A stretch of DNA of 64,000 bases from Octopus sinensis. Lineage: Eukaryota. Every line of letters starts with the position of its first letter. The first letter of the stretch is position 1. This document shows positions 1 through 13,040 of this stretch, piece by piece. The notes under the pieces are model-generated. The model had not been told where the DNA came from. It did not search any database and was given only the letters and a program-made list of their open reading frames with translations. The stretch is from NCBI RefSeq assembly GCF_006345805.1, contig NC_043011.1:1364001-1428000 (forward strand). The letters run 5' to 3'. The translations under genes were made by a program, and so were the position numbers.

Positions 1-1290
1 GTCATCACAGAGCATTTATATATTACATTTTTGGTGTAAGCAAAATCCTTCAAGAGGTATAAATTGGATACTCAATAGTTACAGGATTTTTCATTTTTTT
101 GATAGAATATCTCTCTCATGAAGCTAATCTAGGTTGACATGTCGTCAATAAGGGTGAGTCCAAGTCAAAGTTTATAACAGAATTAGAATGAATGGTTATG
201 TTGGAACTGGTATCCACTATTTGGTAATTGGGTTTGCAGGATAATGTCATCATTTTAGAATTACTTAGCCTAGGATAGTTGTTAATAACTATAGTACTGT
301 TATTGTCTGGATCCACTTATGGTGCTATATAGGGATTTATATGTTCAGCCGACTGGCCTTGGGGTTTGCAACTATTGAGGGCAGCTATGATAGATTGGTG
401 GTTAGGTGTGGTGGAGTATGAAATTTTTTATTGAAGATTTATTGAGAATGGAGTAAAACTTGTGCTGTGGTAGAAAGTTTCATTTTTCAGATATAAAAAA
501 ATAATTTTTTAATTAAGGGTGGTGTGAACCATAAAATTTCATGTTTTCTGGAGGCAAGTTTTTTTGACTGTGTTTATAGGGAGCTGATCAAGATGGGGAG
601 ATTTAAAGTTATCGCAGGACCAAGGGTACCAATGGTGTTGATGTACATAATTTGAAAACGGTTTTCTTGTTCTAGACCAATTGGTTTTATTTACATTCAT
701 GGTTGTGGTTAGCCTATTATTATTTTTGGATGTATTTGTGCTTTTGTTTGAGTTGTTACAGCTGTCATGTGTTGGTTAGTTAGTGTACTTGTTACAGTTG
801 TGTTTTCTTGGTTGGTTCACATTATCATTCAAGTCATTGTTACTGTGATGTGTTATGTGGTTGGCATTTGCATTGTCTCCAGGGTTGTTATATATGTCAC
901 AGTTATTTTCAGTGCAGTCTGTGCACTGTCTGAGTTTTCAATTATTAATCCTACGAATGTGGTGCTCTGTATCTGATGTGTCTGCATATGACAGTTCTAC
1001 AGTGTGCCGGTTGAATAGTTTGCTGTGTGTGCCATTTTCAGGGAAGTAATCATCAAGTGCAGCAAAGAACTGTTTTGCAATCCTGAATGAGATGTTCTTG
1101 AACAGCACACTTCATTTCATATTGCTCCAATCTACTCAGCAGTAAATGGGTAAACCTGTGATGGACTAGTCTTCCAGTTGAGAGGAATGTGGGCCTGTTT
1201 GCCGAGCCAGCAGACTGGCATAATTTAAAGGCTAAAACAATGCAAAACACATTGTAACCAGCAATGTATAACAACATCTCTGATACTCTG
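1..1290 (-). mobile_element. Decayed Penelope-like element (RT-EN linker and start of GIY-YIG endonuclease)
   Basis: Manual minus-strand translation gives RIAKQFFAALDDYFPENGTHSKLFNRHTVELSY (~985-1085), RKHEILWFTPPL (~512-549), ISYSTTPNHQSIIAALN (~372-425) and PLEGFCL/TKNVIYKCSV (~1-60). These resemble PLE linker (WFNPPF, IFNRNTVKVSY) and GIY-YIG N-terminal (CPL.G.CL..NVIY) motifs. Stops and frameshifts are present. Confidence 0.75.
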
Positions 1291-1413
1291 AATGATCATG
1301 GGATCATGTGATGTGCATATATATATGTATGTGTGTGCGTCCGTGTGTGTGCGTATAAATATCTACTTGGTTCAGTCATTAGACTGCAGTCATACTGGGG
1401 CACTGTCTTGATA

Positions 1414-1466
1414 TAGTATATGTATATATATATATATATATTATATGTGTGTGTATATATATATTA

Positions 1467-1548
<82 letters not shown>

Positions 1549-1580
1549 TATATTTATACACACACACACACGTGTGTGTA
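1414..1580. repeat. (TA)n/(CA)n compound microsatellite
   Basis: Directly visible dinucleotide runs. Confidence 0.95.
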
Positions 1581-3109
1581 TGCATGTTTACATTTGCATT
1601 TCTCGAAAAAAATTGCTGTCACTGCTCCTGTCAACACATTATCCACTCTCTTTGTTGCTTTGGATGCATGTAGAGTAAGGTAAAATTTTCTTCCTTGAAA
1701 TATAGGCAGGTGAAAACCAAGAACAGCATGTAGCTGTAAAACAATTTCTCAATAATACTCTCATAGGAGCATAAAAAAAACTGGTGTAAACACAAATGGA
1801 CAGGAAAAAGATAAATCCATTTACACATAAGCATGTGCATGCACACGCACACATACATACACACATGTGCACACACACACAGAGTTTCACAAAATATATA
1901 ATCATTATCTATAAAAAAAATAGATGTGTCATGCAATGATTCATCTTTTAGGTATGGTTCTTGAAACTTCAGATATATATGATATGATAAGTTTCATCCT
2001 GCGATATCTACCCTTCCTTGTTTATTGAGTAGTAACAAAATGTAAATGAAAATTCAAGTAGCTGGAAAACCTTGTTTTCAATGGAGGTTGAAATCATTTG
2101 TTATTTGCATTCACTCCAAGAACCTTCGTATAAATAAATGAATAAATCTAAATCTAAAGTAAAAAGCGATCAGAGAAAATCTAAATAAAGTAAAAAGCTA
2201 TCAAAGAGGGATTTAAGCATATTGATTCTTGGGTCTTTCTTTGAATGATATTATTTATCATGAGTATAGATAAGGCAAGCTGAGCGGTTATAACAGGGAA
2301 TTAAGCCATCAAGAAATTGGTTCACAACACCACAGAATAAATTCTGTAAGCATTTATTTTGATTTGTTTTTGCATAAGGCTACTTTTCTTTCTACACCAA
2401 ATTCCACTTTCTGGATATATAGGGTAAAATCAATCCTAGCAGGAAAAGTAGAACAATTTGAGTAACTGTTATCGTTGACTTTCTTGTTATATCTTGGAGT
2501 AGCACAGCCCCATCTTTAACATCAAATAGGTTGTGACATATTGGCCACTATATACAAGAGAAAACTAGAACCAAAACTTCAATAGTAAAGTAAAACAATT
2601 GAGGGCTCTATTCTGGAAATGAGAAGATTTGTATAACTTTCTCTTCATTCTACACTTTTAAAGCACTTTTGAATGATTTAGGTAGAGGAGGAATGGCAGT
2701 CATCTCTATGGTTGGTGGAAAGAAGTTATCTTTGGATCAGAGGTCTTGGCTTGAATGCTTCCAACAAAGCAGATTCTGCTAATTGCACCCTAAGACCAAT
2801 GGTGAAGTTTGACTGGAGGACATATTAAATCTACTACCAAAGGGAAAAAAACTGCTTTTTTAATTTCTTCCTAATTTTCCTCAACCAAATTTCATTTTTA
2901 AGATTTTGGTTAACTTGAAGCTATGGTAAAAGTCACTTTCCCTGTGATACCAAGCTTTGCATTTATCCATCTTCATCTGATAATACAAGCACCACTAATA
3001 ATGTTTTTTTTTTGTTGCTATTTGCCCGACACTTTGTTGAATCAATCAACTATGACTCTACAGTATGACTGTACTGTTAATACGATCATTAACAAACTCA
3101 AGAAAGAAA

Positions 3110-3220
3110 TCTAAATAGTATACAGGTTTTTAGATCAGATAACTAACTGAATTTCACTTCCAGGCTATGCCCAAGGATTTTTCAAACTTATATCCAAGAA
3201 TTCCTTATGAAAGAAGCCAC
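3110..3220 (+). mobile_element. Possible very old PLE reverse transcriptase remnant
   Basis: DFSNLYPRIPYE resembles the PLE RT motif D..SLY..IP; short and degraded. Confidence 0.3.
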
Positions 3221-4780
3221 AAAGTAGGGTTAAGCAGTTAAGATTTCAAAATATGACAAATCCTTCTTGAGGAGATTCAAAGTTAGTATAAAAATAGCTC
3301 AAATATAATAAAAACTAGCAATTTTAAATATATATTTTGATAAACAATAAACATTGCCACATGTTATTCCCAGCTGTATTCAAGTCCTATACCTAGAGAT
3401 ATAGACATGGATAATTGTGAAAAAAAAGTCTTGATTTTAGCACAATGACTAAATGATTATGCCATTATTCATTCAGCAGAAAGATCAGAAAAAAAGAAAG
3501 AAAGACAGAATGAAATAAAACCTCTTAAAATCTTTCAACTTAATAAAAATGATAAAATAAACTGTTAAAAAAGTCAAGCAATTAGTAAATGTCATTGTCA
3601 GCATTAGTCTTCATAGAATAGTATTATTACTTTTGTAATCTGCTTCTAAAATACCGCTCAGATTTCCCCAGAGACAAAATTATAAAAGTAATATAATGCA
3701 TGAATATGGACAGTTGTAAGTGTTGGTTGATTTAAATGAGTCTTGTCTATGCAATTTTTTTTTGTTTGTTTTTAGTTTACCTTTCTTTGATGCATTTTGA
3801 TTTTTCCTGAAATTGATTTTTCTTTTACATTCGAGTAAAAGAGTTTTCTGTCTCTAAAATATAATGACAAATGACACACAATTTAAGAAATTCTTCCACT
3901 TAAAAGTTAAGACAGTTCATTATGAATTTTTTTGTTAGTTATAATTTAGTCAGTTATTAATAAACAAATGAATAGGTACCCTGTTCTTCTTCAACAATAT
4001 ATTAGTAAATATATAAGGACATAGGAAATGTGTCAAGGCCGACAGGAAGCGTCGATGCTTCCTAGGGCTAAACAGCGGTGGTGTAATTCCCTTACAGGAT
4101 TGTCATGTTAAGTTGACAGTATACAACCACTCTATCGCCCCACCACCGTACATATCTCTATGAGATATTTAGAAATTTAATATATTACTGCCACCTTTTT
4201 AAATGTAATCACCCAATAACATTGAAAGTTTGGTCCAAATAAACCAACTAATTTTCAGGGACTCTTGTAAAGGATACTCTAAACTAGTTTATCATCACCT
4301 TCTCAAGTTCTTCAAATTATACCTATTTATGGCTTTACCTATTTATGGTAACCATTTAAAGCTAAATGAGTTGAGATGGAAAATTCTAAGTGTCCAGGTC
4401 ATGAATAGATTTCAGTGTTAGTAATAGAAAAGGAACTTTCAACTTGAAGAAAGTTATTGGCTCTGCCAGCTATAACTCTCATTAGACTTCTATGTTGCCA
4501 ATTTCAAATTAAAAAGCTGCTCTTGTATGAACCTCCATATTTTTCTGGTTTCCTAATACTAGCTTCTGACGCCTTATATAGATATGACACAAACAGCAGC
4601 ATAATTTGTTTCTCAGTCATACTATTCAACTACACTCAGTGCATTCTAGTGCAAGCTGGTATCCTTACTAAGCTCTTCCGTCTTTCTCTAAATGAATCTA
4701 TATCAATATATAGAAACAGGATACAGCTAAAAAGAAGTGAAATCACTCTCTGAGAATGTAAAAAAAGGAGAAAGCAAAGT

Positions 4781-4989
4781 CTTCAGTGTGAGTATGTGGT
4801 TGGTGGGGTCATCCGCGTCCTCCGCTTCATTTTTTGTTAATCACACATTCTCATTTAATTGTATATATTTTAATTGTTTGTTTATTCATACGTTTCATCT
4901 CATTCGATACCCTGACCCCAACGTTTGTTTTGTCTGTCCCCGTATTGTCCCCTCTTTTTCTCAACCTTATGGTGAATAAAGAAATACTC

Positions 4990-5024
<35 letters not shown>

Positions 5025-5040
5025 GTCTCTCTCTCTCTCA
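4781..5040 (+). mobile_element. Probable retroposon 3' end followed by a (CTGT)n/(CT)n tail
   Basis: Ends TGTCTGTCCCCG...AATAAAGAAATA, resembling the family-B SINE tail in this window, then a simple-repeat tail. Confidence 0.45.
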
Positions 5041-5224
5041 TAGTACCTTGAAAGTTATAAAAACAAAATGTAAATAGTCACCCTCTTTCATTAATTTTAT
5101 TTTCCCTTCCTTCTTAGCGGGCAATATGATGATTTCTACAAAGCTAAATCTATTAGAGGCTTGCAAACCACATCACACACCAATAGACTTTCACCCTTGA
5201 AAAGTTTTGTGAAATCAATACTTT

Positions 5225-5480
5225 TCTGCTTGAGATCTGCAAAGCCTTTGAGTATGTCTGGCATGAAAGCTATCTAGACAAATTGTCTCATGTCTTGGGA
5301 TCAGAAGTTTCCACTCATACTACTCTATTGCTCCATCCACTTAAAAGATTCTCACAGCAATCATTCAGCTCTGGTGTAGTTTAAAGTTCTCCCATTGTTT
5401 CTCCTTCTATACACAAATCACGAACCTGTTGTTCCTTCTGCACCTGTGCAGATGATACAACTCTTTATCACTTCATAATA
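5225..5480 (+). mobile_element. Decayed CR1/Jockey/L2-type LINE RT fragment (probably resumes ~6703-7030 after the PLE insertion)
   Basis: LEICKAFEYVWHESYLDKL (cf. LDISKAFD.VWH..LL.KL) and TCADDTTLY (cf. YADD). Confidence 0.7.
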
Positions 5481-5574
5481 ATCTCAACATTCAGCATAGT
5501 TTCCATATGCTAGAATGTACTATCAGCATAGATTTGCAAATAACCTTCAGTGAAGAGAAGATAACCCTTTTTTA

Positions 5575-6702
5575 ATACAGTTCTATATTTAAGAGATAAA
5601 GAATTACGTACATTATTTACATTTGATGGATATTTGTCCTCATCTTGTTTGTTGCTAGCATAACATTTTGGCTGATATACCCTCCAGCCTTCTTCAGGTG
5701 TCCTGGGGAAATTTCGAACCAGGGTTCTCATTCCTAAGGTATTTTTTGTTGTTGTTGTCGTCGTCGTCATCATTATTATTATTTTTGTTCAGGTCACTAC
5801 TTGGAATCAAACTCAGAATCTTGGGGTTAGTAGCCTGTGCTCTTAACTACACCATATGCCCGTGGGCAATTATAGAGTGAATTTTAGGGCTTATACATCT
5901 TATATTTTTCTATCCTTCTTTAGTACTGGTTCCCATATGCTATTCATATCTGCACTCAGTCTGCTTAGGAGGTTGTTGTGTCCTAGCATATGCGCTGCTT
6001 CTTTTTGTTTCCGTATTTTCCAGTGGTGTTCTCTGTCTATTATTTTAACTTCATCCCACAGGGGGAGGTGGTCTCCATTTTTCCGTACATGATCACCTAT
6101 ACCCGATTTATTTTGAAAGGGCAGCATGTTTCGCCTTTGTATAACCTACCACAGCTGCATGGGATGGAGTACACGCAGTATTTGGTTATATTCTCTTCTA
6201 TTGGTGGTTTTACTCGAAGGAGATATTTGCGAAGTGTTGTATTACTCTTGAATACTGTCCTGATGTCATATGGGCCGCATATCCTTTGTATCTTTTAGGA
6301 GAGGCCTTTCACATAGGGTAGACAGACTGTGGACAGTTTGTTGGCCTCATCCTCTCTCTTCTTCATAATTGGAGTGGATAGTATACTTTTGGGGTAGTTG
6401 TTGCTTAACAGATCGTTATTGAGCTTGATCATTTCTTCGTGGTTTGTATTACGATCGCTACTTATATTCTTGCACGATGTTTTAGGCGCCTAAAACATCG
6501 TGCAAAGAATATAAGTAGCGATCGTGATACAAACCACGAAGAAATGATCAAGCTCAATAACGATCTGTTAAGCAACAACTACCCCCAAAAGTATACTATC
6601 CACTCCAATTATGAAGAGAGAGGATGAAGCCAATAAATTCTCCACAGTCTGTCTACCCTATGTGAAAGGCATCTCCGAAAAGATACAAAAGATATGCAAC
6701 CC
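5575..6702 (-). mobile_element. Penelope-like element 3' part (GIY-YIG C-terminus plus pLTR) with a fold-back inverted duplication
   Basis: ORF 5900..6127(-) SGIGDHVRKNGDHLPLWDEVKIIDREHHWKIRKQKEAAHM...NLLSR...IWEPVL is a typical PLE GIY-YIG C-terminus. 6488-6702 is the reverse complement of 6272-6487. Confidence 0.85.
5658..5701 (-). ncRNA. Degenerate minimal hammerhead ribozyme in PLE pLTR
   Basis: Minus strand ACAC-CTGAAGA-AGGCTG(loop)CAGCC-AAAA-TG-TT-ATGC. Stem II is intact; GAAA has become AAAA and stem I is eroded. Confidence 0.6.
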
Positions 6703-7260
6703 CTCACTAAGACTAAGTTTTTTTCATCAGGTCCAAAAAATATTTTATCTCTTATCAGTCCCTGATTTTCTGAAAAACTAAATAGTATCCAAATTGATAC
6801 CATTCCAACACACATTTGCAACAACAATAAAACAATTTGAAGATTAAATCACCACTAATTGACATATGCAGTCTGTTCTCTATACTTTTTTTACCAATTA
6901 CAATGACTGAAACTAGCTAGCTGACTAGTTGTCCCCAATACACCTATCTTTACATCTTTCATTACATCTGCTGTGTCTCACACTGAATTACCTAACCTTT
7001 CTTTTCCAGAATGCCAATATCCTTTCTCTTTAGCAGAAACATATAATAATAATAATGAAATTATTGTATACAGTGCTCAGGTGCACCACAACTTGTCATA
7101 TATTTGATGGTAGTCAGCTTCTCCAACAATTAAGCAAGCTTATCTTTCAGCCATCTACTCCATAGCTAATACAATGAAATTTGTAGTAATGTGGCCTTAT
7201 TTTTACTCTATCATCCATATATTTCTTGCAGTCTATTGTTTTCAAACTGAGCATCAACTA

Positions 7261-8790
7261 CCATAAAACCCATGTAATTTACACACTTTTTTCACAAATG
7301 CAAAAACTTTAGTGGATGCATAAATTACATGAGTAGATTGTATTCAGAATCTTTTGAGAAATTTTTTGTTGAAAAATGACGTACAGGAAGTTGACTCATT
7401 TAATGTCAGAATAGGTTCTTACAGAACGAATATAATGAAGTCGACTTTTATTTATGCTGAACGGTATAGTGCTTGCTTTTTCTGTATACATTTATTAAAA
7501 CCATTAAATGGTTAACTACTTTTTCATGTTTGACGTTCATGCTGGTGATCAAGGTTCAGGTCATATTTTAAATTGCTTGGAGTTTCTACCACTCACAATG
7601 GAGCCCAGCAATTTCCTTAAATAAATCAGTTTTTCTCTACTGAGGGAGTCTAGCTTGTGTTTGCACTAGGAAGCTATTTGCTCACTTTCTCCATGTTACG
7701 ACACAATGAAATTCCTTAACACCGACATCACTGCTATCAGCTCTTACTGCACCTAATGCCAATGACATCATCATAATTCATCCTTGTGCATGTAAACTCA
7801 CTAAGTGAATATGACTTAGCATTCCTACAGAAACCTTCATTTACCTTACACGATGTTTAATGTCGTTTCACATTCATGTTGAATTATGCAGCAATATTAT
7901 GCTCTCTTCATAGAACACTTGTAATGTATGTATTACCAGTTCTTTTGGCATAGAAGATTTTTGCTATTCTTGTTTATGTCTCCTCACAGACGTGTATATT
8001 CTAACAGGTAGCTTCTTAAATTTCACACCTCTCTTGTTCAATAAACATTAAATTAAACTTGCAAAGCTGTTTATTTTCTCCTTTCGATTTTTAATGTTTA
8101 TTTTAGCAGGTTACCAAACTATCAGTCTGGTCTCCCGGCTAAAACAGTAATGACAAATTTCTAAGTTTGCTTGAAATTTTATAAGTGTGAAAGGGATTAA
8201 AATTTTGATATTCAATATCAAAGGATCCAACAAGAATAGACAGAAAATCAGAGCTTGAGACAAGAAAACACTTTTGACCAATCAGAATTCTGTTTACATA
8301 ATCAGTTTGATTATAATCCTTCTGTTGGTGTGTCATCCAAGCTGATGTTTATTGGTAATTAAACTTTGCAACACCTGTGCATATTTATCAGCTGTGTTTT
8401 TGTTGATAATTCTTATTAACAACTTTTCCTGTTATTATGATTTGAGAAGACATACAGCTGTATGCTAAAGATCGGACATAATCACTTGAGGGCAAGAAAT
8501 GTAAAATAAGGTTTATCATAAACAACACAAACACTTTGTAATTTAATAGCTTTCAAAGTGATACATGTTAAACAGAAATTAATTTAATTTAATGAAAATT
8601 TAATAAAATCTAATCATAATTAAGTGAAATTATGCTAAATACAACTAAATTGTAAATCTCTTTCACCTGGCATTATCAGCAATTTTAGGTGCAAATTTTA
8701 CATGAGTAGAAGCTTTTTTTTTAACATATTTTATCCTGAAAATCCCCTGCGTAAATTACACAGGTGCACAAATTACATGGGTTTTTATGG
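7261..8790. mobile_element. pogo/Tigger-like DNA transposon remnant
   Basis: TIRs CCATAAAACCCATGTAATTT and AAATTACATGGGTTTTTATGG flanked by TA on both sides; repeated subterminal AAATT(T)TACATGAGTAG motifs. Confidence 0.65.
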
Positions 8791-9023
8791 TAATCAGTTT
8801 TGTTGTGGTTACAAAGACCATCAACATTCCTCAATCTAACCAAACCCAATACTAAGCTAATTTTAATATGATTCTTTCTATAAGGCAACAAGCTGGCAAA
8901 ACCATTAGGATGCTGGTCAAAATGCTTATCAACATTTCTTCTGTCTTTGTATTCTGTGTTCAAATTCTGCTGAGGTCGACTTTGCCTTTTATCCCTTTGG
9001 GATCAATAAAAATAAGTACCAGT

Positions 9024-9255
9024 TATTTCTTTATTACCCACAAGGGGCTAAACACAGAGAGGACAAACAAGGACATACAAACGGATTAAGTTGATTATAT
9101 CGACCCCAGTGCGTAACTGGTCCTTAATTTATCGACCCCAAAAGGATGAAAGGCAAAGTCGACCTCGGCGGAATTTGAACTCAGAACGTAGCGGCAGACG
9201 AAATACTGCTAAGCATTTTGCCCAGCATTCTAACGTTTCTGCCAGCTCACTGCCT
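9024..9255 (-). mobile_element. SINE family B (tRNA-like head, Meta-domain-like core), nested in an older plus-strand relative (~8955-9328)
   Basis: Reverse complement of GGCGGCGAGCTGGCAGAA...GAGTTCAAATTCC (B box)...GTCGACTTTGCCTTTCATCC...TAAAGAAATA, a motif set seen many times in the window. Confidence 0.85.
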
Positions 9256-9702
9256 TGAGGACTAAGGTTGATGTAATCAACTTACCCTCTCCTCTGAACT
9301 TGCGGGCCTCGTGCCAAAATTTGAAACCCGTATGATTCCTTCTATATATCTTTCATAACTTAGATTAGCAACTTGCTATGTCTATAACTTCAGTACTCAT
9401 TTGTATCTTCTTGTGGCAGTTGTAAATGGCAGTGCAGTGAATAGGAATAGGATATTTTGACATAATAAGATTTACCAAGGAAGCAGTTAAGAACACAGCA
9501 TTCTGAATTTAGCATTTCAGCAATTCACTCACTGCTTTCTCATCCTTACTTCACACACCTTCACACTTTCGCATTCATACAAGTGTCAATCTACAAGCAA
9601 TATGGCTGGAAGATATGACTGCTTTCACATCCCTACCACTCAAATGCACACAAACTGTTCAATACGTACCCATATTCACACACACCATATACACACATTC
9701 TG

Positions 9703-10083
9703 TGGAGGCGCAATGACCCAGTGGTGAGGGCAGCGGACTTGCGGTCATAGGATCGCGGTTTCGATTCCCAGACCGGGCGTTGAGAGTGTTTATTGAGCGA
9801 AAACACCTAAAAGCTCCACGAGGCTCCGGCAGGGGATGGTGGTGATCCCTGCTGTACTCTTTCACCACAACTTTCTCTCACTCTTACTTCCTGTTTCTGT
9901 TGTACCTGTATTTCAAAAGGCTAGCCTTGTCACTCTCTGTGTCAAGCTGAATATCCCCGAGAACTACGTTAAGGGTACACGTGTCTGTGGAGTGCTCAGC
10001 CACTTACACGTTAATTTCATGAGCAGGCTGTTCCGTTGATCGGATCAACCGGAACCCTCGTCGTCGTAACCGACGGAGTGCTT
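9703..10083 (+). mobile_element. SINE family C (tRNA-derived head)
   Basis: A-box-like TGACCCAGTGG and B-box-like GGTTTCGATTCC; head and core shared with 13977-14278. Confidence 0.8.
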
Positions 10084-11827
10084 CCATGTCCATACACACA
10101 TTCATGCACTCAAATAATTTTTATAAAAGAATCTTCAAGTGTCTAACTTTGCTTTTGATACATAGCATATTGCTTGAGATACTTAGCAGTGCCATTTACA
10201 ATCTCTGACAGAACAATTAAAAAGTTGTGACATAGATGAGATTTGGCTGATTAGCTAAGAAGTTTATTTCACGATCATCAAGTTCTATGTTTGATCTTGC
10301 TACGTAGTCATTGGGCTGATTCTTTTCTATAATTTCATGTTGATCAATGCCTTGTGAGATGGCTGTAGGATTCACTAGACTCTGAAAGAAGGCAATGGTA
10401 AAATACTTTGCTTCATGTACTAAGAAAGGCTTGTGGATGTTGCACAAGGTGAAACAGAGTCAAATATAGCTTTCATGATATACTACACCATACAGAATTT
10501 TGGTTTCATTTATGATTGAAATATTTGACTGCTTTTTAATTGTTATTTTATTTTAGCTATTACTTTTTTTTTATATTTTGTAGTCTGTAAATATCTCCAT
10601 TTTGCTTAGTTTCAATAATGGAACAGAAATAGATTTCAAACTGAAATCTATTCAAACTGTATTTGTTTCAAAATGAAAAAGTAAATCGATTTATTTTGCC
10701 AAAATATTTGCTTTCTACTAAAATATTTTGAACATTTCTCTAGTTAGATAACCAATCATTTTGTATTTAAGAACAAATATTTCTATATATTTGATGAAGC
10801 CATTTAAGGAACATTTTCACTGTAAAATCATGCATTATCAATACTTGAGATATATTTTATATTTATCATTTCTTTATTCTATTTTCCCATTGATGACATG
10901 AACTGTATGGCCTCCCATTAGCAATAATGTTCTTAGTATATAAAAGTAACATACAGTAAATTTTTAAAGTAAGGAAAAAATATATTCATAAAATTGAATA
11001 AAAGTTTTAAGTGTATGATTCAAATAATTATTAAAAAATTTCTTTGCTTAAAATATTTCAGTTAGTAAAAGTTGATAAATTTGAAACAAATTCTTCCTTC
11101 TAAAAAAATGTCTCCTTTTCAATATAAAGTAAGGCTCATTAAAGTGATTTATTGGTTATTTGTTTGCATTTGTGTGTATGTAATTTCTTTTCTTGTATAA
11201 AACTGCATTTCTGTTTAACTAGCAATTAAAACTAGTTCAACGTTGATGTAAAACTGACATCTATGTAAAATTTGTAAATAAGACAAGTCTGAATGCTGAG
11301 GAAGGAATTGTGAGGAGTTGTAATATTTCATTCTTCTTCAAGAAACTGAGAACTATGTTGAAAACCTCTTACTCATTTCAGAAGGGCCCTGAACAAACTG
11401 TCAAAAATTTCTTTGCAACATGCAAACTTATTTTATAGATTTTATGAACTTTAAGAAGTGCTTTTTGATAATGCAGACCATTTCTAGTTTAACTGGATTC
11501 TATTTGTTGTCGGCTTGTAGTCTTGCCTTTTGCTTTTTCATCTATCACAGAAGATTATATTAACTGTAGTGAACATTTTAGGATGATAGAGGATAATATA
11601 TAAAAGATTTGACTGATTTCTAATTGTTTGAATAGCCATGCAAAGGTTCCTCATTGCTTATTGAGTACTAGTTATTTTCTTTCATATGAATGGATTTTAA
11701 ATTGTAGATACCTCAGAGTTGAATAATGTTAAAATATGCTATTTGGGTGGCAGAGCTTCAGTAGTATGCCAGATATAATTGCTTTACATTATTTAGTGGC
11801 ATTCTTTCATGTTCTGGGGGTTCTTTT

Positions 11828-12496
11828 CATCCTCATCATCATTTAACGTCCATTTTCCGTGCTAGTACGGGTTGGACAGTTCAACCAGGGTCTGGGAAGC
11901 CAGGAGGCTGCACCAGGCTCCACTCTGATCTGGCAGTGTTTCTACAGCTGGATGCCCCTCCTGATTCCAACGACTCTGTGAGTGTAGTGGGTGCTTTTTA
12001 CTTGCTACCGGCACAGGTGCTAGGGGAGGCTGGTAGCGGCCACGATCAGTTGGTGCTTTTTACGTGCCACTGGCACAGAAGCCAGTCAAGGCGGAGCTGG
12101 CATCGGCCACGTTCGGATGGTGCTTTTTACGTGCCACTGGCACAGGTACCGCAACAACTACTTCCATTTGATATTTATTTTGATGTTGATGTACTTGACT
12201 CAATAGGTCTCCTCAAGTACAGCAGGTCATGTGCCATGTTCAGATGGTGCGTTTTACGTGCCACCGGCACGGGTATCGTAACTACAATTTCTATTTGATA
12301 TTTATTTTGATGTTGATGTACTTGACTCAATAGGTCTCCTCAAGTACAGCAGGTCATGTTCCACATTTGGACGGTGCTTTTTACATGCCACTAGCACAGG
12401 TATCGTAGCTACAATTTCCATTTGATATTTATTTCGATATTGATGTACTTGACTCAATAAGTCTCCTCAAGCACAGCAGGTCACCCTACGATCCAA
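11828..12496 (-). mobile_element. Repeat family D (SINE/RTE-associated, (GAT)n tail) with internal ~126-bp tandem repeats
   Basis: Shares CATCATC..TTTAACGTCC...GGATGCCC..CCTAACGCCAACCAC-type sequence with 19671-19857 and 31614-31881; three ~126-bp units start at about 12108, 12235 and 12361. Confidence 0.8.
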
Positions 12497-12814
12497 GTAA
12501 AAAAAAAATAGTATCAAGCAAGCCCTGATGTCATTATCTCAATTACGTCTATCACATACCTTCCACTAAATGTGTTGATTTATGTCAAAATTAGAAATCT
12601 ATTAAAATTTTTTTCTGTGCTTTTATTCATTGATCTGCAGTCGTGATACAACACCAATTGTATACTTTTTGGTCTATCATAAAAACTCAATACTTATCTA
12701 AGACCAGTGCTATTTTTATTGATCTCTTTCTTTTTATTGGTTAAGTTGACATTTGATGCACAGAGACACAGCTCAATGCACTGTTTTCCACTGATATACA
12801 CAAATTTATACCTA

Positions 12815-12888
12815 CACACACACACATACATACATACATACATACATACATACATACATACATACATACATACATACATACATACATA

Positions 12889-12926
<38 letters not shown>

Positions 12927-13040
12927 TACACACATACACACACACATACATACATACATATATACACACACATACTCACTCACTCACTCACTCACTCACT
13001 CACTCACTCACTCACTCACTCACTCACTCCCTCCCTCCCT
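12815..13040. repeat. (TACA)n/(CA)n/(CTCA)n microsatellite
   Basis: Directly visible. Confidence 0.95.

Noticed and set aside
8107-8165. Exon-like stretch after a polypyrimidine tract
   Set aside because: Lies inside the pogo-like element and has a weak donor
9703-9780. tRNA gene
   Set aside because: The A/B boxes are SINE heads that run into SINE bodies; no convincing cloverleaf
10217-10447. 76-aa ORF with protein-like composition
   Set aside because: No recognisable domain or splice sites; likely chance or old transposon sequence
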